Source: a virus
IMG/VR virus record: IMGVR_UViG_3300007735_000791
Span: 23,102 to 87,101 of that record
DNA: 64,000 nt
Reading direction: 5' to 3' (one strand)
Shown in pieces: positions 57,818-64,000 of this stretch; position 1 is the first letter of the stretch, and each line of letters begins with the position of its first letter. Under the pieces are notes generated by a model. The model saw nothing but the letters and a program-made list of their open reading frames with translations. It did no database searches and had not been told where the DNA came from. A program made the position numbers and the translations under genes.

Positions 57818-58191
57818 TGGCTGCTCACGAACATTTAAATAAAAATCAACTACGCATGTTTATGCGACCACATGAAATATATAACCTTGTTGTTGACTCC
57901 ATTGACAGAGCAGATGGAGAAACTTTAGAAGATACATGGGTAAACAAAAAGTCTGAATTATCTCACGGGTACCGCTCTTTAGCAGACAGCGTTTTAAAAG
58001 AAGGAGTTAAACGCCCTATAACAATAATGTTAAATCATGGTCATTACAAAGATTTTACAATGGGCCAAGGTCACCATCGTGTAAAATCAGCCGAAGTTGC
58101 AGAATTTAAAACAGGAAAAGAATACTATGTACCAATTGTATATGATTGGGATTGGGACGAAACAGATAACAAACGATATGACCCTATGTGA
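57817..58191 (+). CDS. ParB/Srx-like domain protein
   Basis: LADSV.KEGV.RPI...GQGHHRV.SA...VPI.Y. Confidence 0.7.
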   Translation: MAAHEHLNKNQLRMFMRPHEIYNLVVDSIDRADGETLEDTWVNKKSELSHGYRSLADSVLKEGVKRPITIMLNHGHYKDFTMGQGHHRVKSAEVAEFKTGKEYYVPIVYDWDWDETDNKRYDPM

Positions 58192-58203
58192 GATAATGGA
58201 CCT

Positions 58204-58359
58204 ATGGCAGATTTAAACGCAGAACAATTCCTTGTAGAAAGCCCAACTGCTGCCGCAAAATATGCAGAAAACGCTTTAATTACAATGAATGTAAAAATAC
58301 CAAAAGTAGACCATAAAGACAAATACATTGACTATTTGTTTGATGAATGGAACGATTGA
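58204..58359 (+). CDS. 51-aa protein with LNAEQF N-tag (not in the ORF track)
   Basis: MADLNAEQFLVESP...; stop overlaps the next ATG. Confidence 0.55.
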   Translation: MADLNAEQFLVESPTAAAKYAENALITMNVKIPKVDHKDKYIDYLFDEWND

Positions 58360-58859
58360 TGAATTTATTTGTTAAAAGTCATGTAGAAGAAGACCCACTA
58401 GACGAACACTTTGAAGGTGACACTAAGCATATATTTAACAAATATATATCTCATATAAATGATGTACAGCAAGAATTGGTTGCTAGAAACCCACGAGGTT
58501 GGCAAGACGAATTTGAAAGTAGATTAGAACATTTTGCTACCGAGGCTGGTAGGCGACACGGGACGCATGTACGGGTAACACAAGAAGATGATAAACATAT
58601 TATTAATGTTTATTCTCCACGTGCTGCAAGAAGTATGGGATTAATGGACATGCGACAACGAACACCAAAAGAAGAACAATTAAAAAAATTACAAGAACAA
58701 CAATTTCGCGACCAACTTGATGAGGTTGCATTTAACCGTTTGGCACGTTCCAGTAAAAGAATGTACGACGCAGCCATACACCATGACCTTTTAAGTGAAG
58801 GAAGTTTTACGCTTGACCCAGATGCTGAAGACCCAAAGGACATTTACAGGCCCTCTTAA
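58359..58859 (+). CDS. Hypothetical protein
   Basis: TGATG coupling. Confidence 0.6.
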   Translation: MNLFVKSHVEEDPLDEHFEGDTKHIFNKYISHINDVQQELVARNPRGWQDEFESRLEHFATEAGRRHGTHVRVTQEDDKHIINVYSPRAARSMGLMDMRQRTPKEEQLKKLQEQQFRDQLDEVAFNRLARSSKRMYDAAIHHDLLSEGSFTLDPDAEDPKDIYRPS

Positions 58860-59473
58860 TGTCACACCACATTACGAGTATTCCTCGTCCAATGTATGCG
58901 TATGTTAAAAATGAATTTTTATATGACATGCAAGAAGGTTATGGAGAAGTAACCCCAGCATTGTTATACGGTATATCAGCGTTGCCAAATAGGGCATGGG
59001 GTATATCAGCACTATTATCAAATGGCGCACTTGTTCAACATTTGCCCGTTCATGCTTTTCTTAAAGACGGTAAAAGTGACCATAATCACCAGTTAGGTGA
59101 ACTACAAGTTTGGTCATGTTACGGGCAAGACTTTGGCGTTGAAGAATACAGCGCCTTATCTGAACTATCTGTCCGCGCTTACCTAAAAGGTTCGTGGGAA
59201 AAAGGACATTATTGGTTTACCGCCGCGCCATATGATGATGTGTACTCGCGCACGCCAGACCAACACAAACATTTTAATTTTGTTTGGTTAGAGTGCGGAC
59301 ATTTGGCAACTCTTCCTGGTAACAGGTTACTTGTACACGACCCTTCTTTCACTGTTGACATGCCTGAGTGGGGTAACAGACCAAAGTACAAAGTCAATAC
59401 TCAATATTGGTATCCAGAAGATTTTGACCAAAAACCGCAGTTTGACTTGACAATAGACGATACTACTGCATAA
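58859..59473 (+). CDS. Conserved phage hypothetical protein
   Basis: YV..EFLYD..G.G, GA....LP.HA, W.C, P.QHK, G....PGNR. Confidence 0.7.
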   Translation: MSHHITSIPRPMYAYVKNEFLYDMQEGYGEVTPALLYGISALPNRAWGISALLSNGALVQHLPVHAFLKDGKSDHNHQLGELQVWSCYGQDFGVEEYSALSELSVRAYLKGSWEKGHYWFTAAPYDDVYSRTPDQHKHFNFVWLECGHLATLPGNRLLVHDPSFTVDMPEWGNRPKYKVNTQYWYPEDFDQKPQFDLTIDDTTA

Positions 59474-59488
59474 TGTATACTTGATTGT

Positions 59489-59908
59489 ATGCCGAAGAAC
59501 GAAGACGCCTCTGAATTTGAACTGCAAAACGAGGCTAACACTGGAACAATGCGAGGAATTGGCAGTGGTGGAGTTGTAGACGAATCCAGCCGAGTTAGGC
59601 AAGACGCAACAAACTTCCATCGTGGCATGTTTGCGCTAATGGCTTCTTACGATTGGGATAGAGGTCAGTTTAGTGAACACCCACAAGATGTTGATTTGAG
59701 GAATGAGGCTTTTGAACTGCTTAATTTGCCACCTCACCTGTCTCCTCAATTCAACAAAGCCAAAGCAGATGAATTGTTGCAAAGTTTGGGAAACATTAGA
59801 AACAAAGACGAAAGCGGACAGATACCAGACGAAACAAGGTCTGGTGATTACGTACGTAATTTGATTAAATTGTCACAAGCCCGTTTTGGTAATAGACAAA
59901 TTAAATAA
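59489..59908 (+). CDS. Hypothetical protein (internal HLSPQF)
   Basis: Leaderless TATACT -10. Confidence 0.55.
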   Translation: MPKNEDASEFELQNEANTGTMRGIGSGGVVDESSRVRQDATNFHRGMFALMASYDWDRGQFSEHPQDVDLRNEAFELLNLPPHLSPQFNKAKADELLQSLGNIRNKDESGQIPDETRSGDYVRNLIKLSQARFGNRQIK

Positions 59909-60767
59909 AACTAGCAAGTGCAAGTTTAATACCTTGTTCAATAGTTATTTTTGGTTTGTAAAATTCAAACATTTTTGATGGGTCACAAACGCGATACTGA
60001 ACTCCTTCTGGAGCACCAATAATTCTTTCAAATTTAGGTTTATATCCAGCAATTTTTGAAACCATTTCTGCTAATTCATTAAACGAAACTGCAATCCCCG
60101 TTCCAAGGTTTACTGGTCCTTTAATATCTTGCTTGACCGCCTCAAGTGTTGCTGCAACAACATCGCTTATGTGAATAAAATCTCTTGTTTGGTTTCCAGT
60201 GCCCCATATTTTAAATGGGTCTTCCTGCCTAGCACCACGTGCAATAAATGAAGGAAATGGATAATCAAGTGCTTGGTCTTCTCCATAGCCAGAAAATGGA
60301 CGAAATACATGAACCCTCAATCCTTCATTTTCTGCATATTTGGCAAGCATCTCTCCAGTAAGTTTTGCCCAACCATATGTAAGGTCTGGGGATTGAATAT
60401 CATCTAGGTCAATGTCGCTTTCTTTTAATTTATGTGTTGAACCATAACTTTGTAACTTAATTGGATAAGCAGCAGATGATGAATAATAAATAATCCTCTC
60501 TGGCTTAGTCCTTATCGCCCATTGAAATAATTCAGAATCAATAGCAAGGTCTACGGCAACAGATAAAGGCGCACCTTCTATGGTCGCCCTTCCTCCAACT
60601 ATCGCTGCTAAATGAACTACTAAGTCAAAGTGTGTTTCATCTGTTGCAAAAAACTTACGGGCATCTATTCCGTTTTTTATATCTATACCCGTGATGTCAT
60701 GGCCATCAAGTGCTTTGCGAAAATATCCACCTACGAAACCTGCGTCACCAGTGATGAGAATTTTCAT
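59901..60767 (-). CDS. NAD-dependent nucleotide-sugar epimerase/dehydratase
   Basis: ILITGDAGFVG, HLAA, SSSAAY, YGWAK, RPFSGYG, RDFIHI.D. Confidence 0.92.
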   Translation of the reverse strand: MKILITGDAGFVGGYFRKALDGHDITGIDIKNGIDARKFFATDETHFDLVVHLAAIVGGRATIEGAPLSVAVDLAIDSELFQWAIRTKPERIIYYSSSAAYPIKLQSYGSTHKLKESDIDLDDIQSPDLTYGWAKLTGEMLAKYAENEGLRVHVFRPFSGYGEDQALDYPFPSFIARGARQEDPFKIWGTGNQTRDFIHISDVVAATLEAVKQDIKGPVNLGTGIAVSFNELAEMVSKIAGYKPKFERIIGAPEGVQYRVCDPSKMFEFYKPKITIEQGIKLALASFI

Positions 60768-61324
60768 TTACATCCCCACATTCCATATATGTATGGTTCG
60801 CTAAATACTGTCGTATCAAGCATAATAAAAATATCTGGGCTCCATCCAGCATTCTTTAAAAGAGCCTCAACGTCTTGTCTACCCCAAGCCCAGTAATGCT
60901 CCTCGTTTGTATCATGCCAGGCATCAATTGGAGTTGTGAGAACTAGTGTTTTAGATTTTTGTCTTATCAAATTCAAGACTGAACTTGGGTTCTCAACGTG
61001 TTCAATACTTTCTGAACAAATATACAAATCTACATTTTCAATATTTTTTAAATTGACTTCTAGCGGTCCAGAGTATTCATAACCCTGTGCATAATCACCC
61101 AGTGTTGTCTTTTCAATATTTAGCGCTTTAGCGATTACGCCATTACCACAACTCAAGTCCGCAACCGATTTTGCTTTTACCTGATAAGCCATATCTTGAG
61201 CAAGATGTATTGTCATATTCACACGAATGCCATGTCCGCGTCCATACATCGCATGGTCATGTGGCTGGGGATAAATTTTTACTAGTTCTTCAGGTGTATA
61301 AAATTCTCGCAGTTTTTTTATCAC
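60764..61324 (-). CDS. SAM-dependent methyltransferase-like protein
   Basis: VADLSCGNG motif I, CSESIEHV..P, LVLTTP. Confidence 0.75.
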   Translation of the reverse strand: MIKKLREFYTPEELVKIYPQPHDHAMYGRGHGIRVNMTIHLAQDMAYQVKAKSVADLSCGNGVIAKALNIEKTTLGDYAQGYEYSGPLEVNLKNIENVDLYICSESIEHVENPSSVLNLIRQKSKTLVLTTPIDAWHDTNEEHYWAWGRQDVEALLKNAGWSPDIFIMLDTTVFSEPYIYGMWGCK

Positions 61325-62031
61325 CTGTGTACCTTCATATCGTGTCCACGGGTTTCAATAGCCCCAACTGATATTGGGAAATGTTGAGCCTGACAATCCT
61401 CTCGCACGTAAGTTGGAATTTTTAAATAGTGCAAAGCATCATGATGGAAACATGGGTCATCAGACATGTTTTTATCCATATCCCATCTCCACCGAATACC
61501 AGAAAACACCTCACGAGCAATAAAAATTGCGGCAGCAGAAGCCATTGCGTTCATTACAGGAAATGAATACTTGTCAACTCTTGGTCCACGCAATCCGTAA
61601 GTGGTGATATATGGAGCACATAAAGGATGATTCATTTCTAACATTTTAGGCAAAATGTCGTTTGGTGGCATTGTGTCTGCAGCCAAAAACAACATGTGCG
61701 TACATGACGGTATTGACATTGCATAATCATTTACAAGATTTTGACCAACAGTAATGTGGCGAATTCTGTTTTTGGTGGTTACTTCTGTACGACCATCGTC
61801 AAGCGAGTACGTCCAAAACTCTCCTCCAATTTCTTCAAGCCTTTTAAGAAATGGACCAAACGGCTCTAAACCACGAGAGTCAATTTGAATTGCAGCAAAG
61901 TATTTTACATCAGTCCAATTTCCAAAATGCTGGTATTCTTCTTTTACTTTTTCTGCATTTCTCATCCATGAACCCCAATGGTCTATATTGTCCATAACAT
62001 AAGCATGCAATGTTGTTCCAACTACTATCAT
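61321..62031 (-). CDS. GT-A (GT2-like) glycosyltransferase
   Basis: THMLFLAAD...P, SDDPCF..DA..L, co-located with the epimerase. Confidence 0.55.
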   Translation of the reverse strand: MIVVGTTLHAYVMDNIDHWGSWMRNAEKVKEEYQHFGNWTDVKYFAAIQIDSRGLEPFGPFLKRLEEIGGEFWTYSLDDGRTEVTTKNRIRHITVGQNLVNDYAMSIPSCTHMLFLAADTMPPNDILPKMLEMNHPLCAPYITTYGLRGPRVDKYSFPVMNAMASAAAIFIAREVFSGIRWRWDMDKNMSDDPCFHHDALHYLKIPTYVREDCQAQHFPISVGAIETRGHDMKVHR

Positions 62032-62073
62032 AAGTTCTCCTGTTTCTGTACTAATGGTGTAAACTTAAGTATA

Positions 62074-62232
62074 ATGGTTGTCAAGTTCCCTATTTACACC
62101 CAATCTATGGCAGATGCTATTTCTATGGCAAAAGCGCAAGCCGCTGCACAAGGGTACAAGAACGTTTATCTTGTAAAAGTTGACAAAGTAGGAAATGGTG
62201 CTTGGGAAATAACTATGAGGTTGAGCGCATAA
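62074..62232 (+). CDS. Small hypothetical protein
   Basis: TAAACT -10 upstream; TAATG coupling to the next ORF. Confidence 0.5.
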   Translation: MVVKFPIYTQSMADAISMAKAQAAAQGYKNVYLVKVDKVGNGAWEITMRLSA

Positions 62233-62393
62233 TGAACATTAATGTTGAAAAACCAGAACTTTGCTGCTCTATTAAAGTTCCAGACACATCTACACAATGT
62301 ATTCGTTGCGGTTCTGAAATGACCCCAGAACATGCCCATTATCGTTGCTACAACTGTGGTGAACGGGATTCTTGTTGCGAAGGCGTTTATTAA
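62232..62393 (+). CDS. Small zinc-finger protein
   Basis: C.RCG...PEHAHYRC..CG.RDSCC.G. Confidence 0.65.
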   Translation: MNINVEKPELCCSIKVPDTSTQCIRCGSEMTPEHAHYRCYNCGERDSCCEGVY

Positions 62394-62761
62394 TGGTTTC
62401 AGCAAACAGCCTTAACTGGGAACAACATATTATGAGAGAAGGTCATGTTAGGTCTTTAAAAACTGATAAAGACAGAAAAGATGTACTGATACGTGCTATA
62501 GGTAGCGGGCATCCAATGATTGCAGAACAACGAAGAAACGGTCATATTGTAGTGCATGTTAAAGATGACGGGTCAATAACTACGGCAAGTAGTGGTGGAG
62601 GTGGACGTGGTGTTGAAAATTTTGAATCTCAATTACGTCGTGCTCACAAATCTGTTGGTTCTGATTTTCCAAGAAAAAATGAAAGTGATAAACAGTTTCA
62701 AAGACGTATGACTAAAACCCAAAAACCAAATGAAGAAACTCCTGAATCTGGAATTGCATAA
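62393..62761 (+). CDS. HicA-like fold protein with LNWEQ N-tag
   Basis: EQRRNGHIVV....G.IT.ASS....R..ENF.SQLRR. Confidence 0.45.
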   Translation: MVSANSLNWEQHIMREGHVRSLKTDKDRKDVLIRAIGSGHPMIAEQRRNGHIVVHVKDDGSITTASSGGGGRGVENFESQLRRAHKSVGSDFPRKNESDKQFQRRMTKTQKPNEETPESGIA

Positions 62762-63252
62762 TGGGACGTAACGAACATTTTGATGCTGGGCATAACAACG
62801 AACGCATCGCTAACGAACGAATTAAACGCGCCGCAGCGCAAGAAAAAGGAGAAGCGATTGCTGAAAGTTTATTAAATTCTTTTGCTGAGTTGTCAGGTTT
62901 TCACGACGCTGAACATATGTTTTTAACAGAACGAAATATAAAAGAAGAAGCATTTGCACAAAAATACAAAGAAGGTCCTGGAAAATTAGCCATTGACCCA
63001 GAAATGGGGGAGGGTTTTCATTACCGAGTATCGCACCCATCTGGTTATTACGGTATTCACCGAGGCGCCAACATGGATATATTTCATCCTAAACACGGTG
63101 CAGTTGATTTAATATCCTATGTTGACTATGAAAAACATGGGATATTTAGCCCAATGCAACCTGAAGAATGGCCTTCTCCACAACAGGTACATCAAGATTT
63201 ACATGAATGGGTAATAGAAAACGGGGAACAATATGACAAACATTACGCATGA
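62761..63252 (+). CDS. Hypothetical protein (MGRNE N-tag)
   Basis: TAATG coupling. Confidence 0.6.
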   Translation: MGRNEHFDAGHNNERIANERIKRAAAQEKGEAIAESLLNSFAELSGFHDAEHMFLTERNIKEEAFAQKYKEGPGKLAIDPEMGEGFHYRVSHPSGYYGIHRGANMDIFHPKHGAVDLISYVDYEKHGIFSPMQPEEWPSPQQVHQDLHEWVIENGEQYDKHYA

Positions 63253-63333
63253 TGTTTGTTATGTTATACTGTAACTTGAGTGTTCTCACCGAACGGGTGA
63301 CCTGCGGGTCGCCCGTTCATGGTCTGTAGCCAT

Positions 63334-64000
63334 ATGCGCCGCCACAAAGGTGCCTGGATGTTTTGGGTTGTTGCCATGTTTGCATGGTTTGCACCTGGCA
63401 CTGTTAAAGCAACTCCAGAACCTGGTTTAAATGTAACTGTCTACAACAACTTTGGTTACAATGCAAGTCCTCCTCTTCCAAATGTTACAAACAGACCTGT
63501 ACAGTGCACTACTACCTACCCAAACATAAATCAGACTTTTAACACTGTCTGTAATCTTTATGATGATTTTATTGTTAAGTATGAAGGTTTTATAACTTCA
63601 CCAACTGATGCAACAATCATTTTTCATCCAACTGCCGATGACGGAACAAAACTATATATTGATGGCACATTAATTGACAACAACTGGTATGACAAAGGCG
63701 GTGGCGGAAACTACAGCACTGCAGTTGAATTTACTGCTGGAGTTCCTAAACCAATAACATTTTGGTATTACGAAAACGGTGGCGGTGCTTGGGTAAATTT
63801 AGCATGGAATCTTAACGGAACCTATGTAACTGTTCCTGCTGAGGCTTTTACAAAAACTTCTGAATCTGCGTACACAACGACAACCACAACAACAGAACCA
63901 CCGACAACAACGACCTCATCTATAGAACCATCCACCACAACAACCACAAGCACCACAACAACATCGTCGTCCACGACAACAACATCCACAACCCTGCCAG
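63334..64000 (+). CDS. Secreted PA14-domain protein with Thr-rich linker (3'-truncated; not in the ORF track)
   Basis: Signal peptide MRRHKGAWMFWVVAMFAWFAPGTVKA; GL.V.VYN, F.V.YEGFIT.P, ADDG..LYIDG, WYYENGGGA.V.L.W; poly-Thr. Confidence 0.85.
   Translation, partial: MRRHKGAWMFWVVAMFAWFAPGTVKATPEPGLNVTVYNNFGYNASPPLPNVTNRPVQCTTTYPNINQTFNTVCNLYDDFIVKYEGFITSPTDATIIFHPTADDGTKLYIDGTLIDNNWYDKGGGGNYSTAVEFTAGVPKPITFWYYENGGGAWVNLAWNLNGTYVTVPAEAFTKTSESAYTTTTTTTEPPTTTTSSIEPSTTTTTSTTTTSSSTTTTSTTLP

Noticed and set aside
1-64000. tRNA/rRNA genes, stop-codon reassignment, or DGR/reverse transcriptase
   Set aside because: No cloverleaf recognised by eye, genes tile densely in code 11 with all three stops used, and no RT motifs were seen.

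Overview
This window is a 64-kb segment of a large, AT-rich myovirus-type phage. The host is most likely an actinobacterium: it carries two WhiB genes, leaderless promoters, CRP/GlxR and LexA-type boxes, and a ferredoxin and a PA14/Thr-rich protein reminiscent of Acidimicrobiia. Gene order: tape measure and contractile-tail baseplate (1-9.9 kb); replication/recombination (HTH initiator with internal iterons, DnaC-like loader, DnaB, primase, SNF2, SSB, PolA, RecA, Cas4-like nuclease, resolvases, SpoVS; 11-24.6 kb); low-complexity or very basic proteins (24.6-31 kb); nucleotide/modification and regulatory genes (31-37.4 kb); a ~14-kb block of small early genes behind 13 copies of one promoter motif (37.4-50.9 kb); then ADP-ribosyltransferase-like, ParB/Srx-like and paralogous proteins, ferredoxin, a sugar-modification cassette and a PA14 protein (50.9-64 kb). 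Three signals stand out. (1) By eye, the early block lacks many restriction-type motifs (TGCA, GANTC, GAAGA, CCWGG) that are common elsewhere, and it ends abruptly at ~50.9 kb. (2) A non-coding hub in that block combines DnaA, LexA-like and CRP-like boxes. (3) Unrelated stand-alone effector-like domains share short peptide tags (H-L-N-x-x-x-F and D/E..N/H-P-x-R-R), possibly a capsid-loading/targeting system. All assignments come from motif recognition by eye; no searches or counts were computed.
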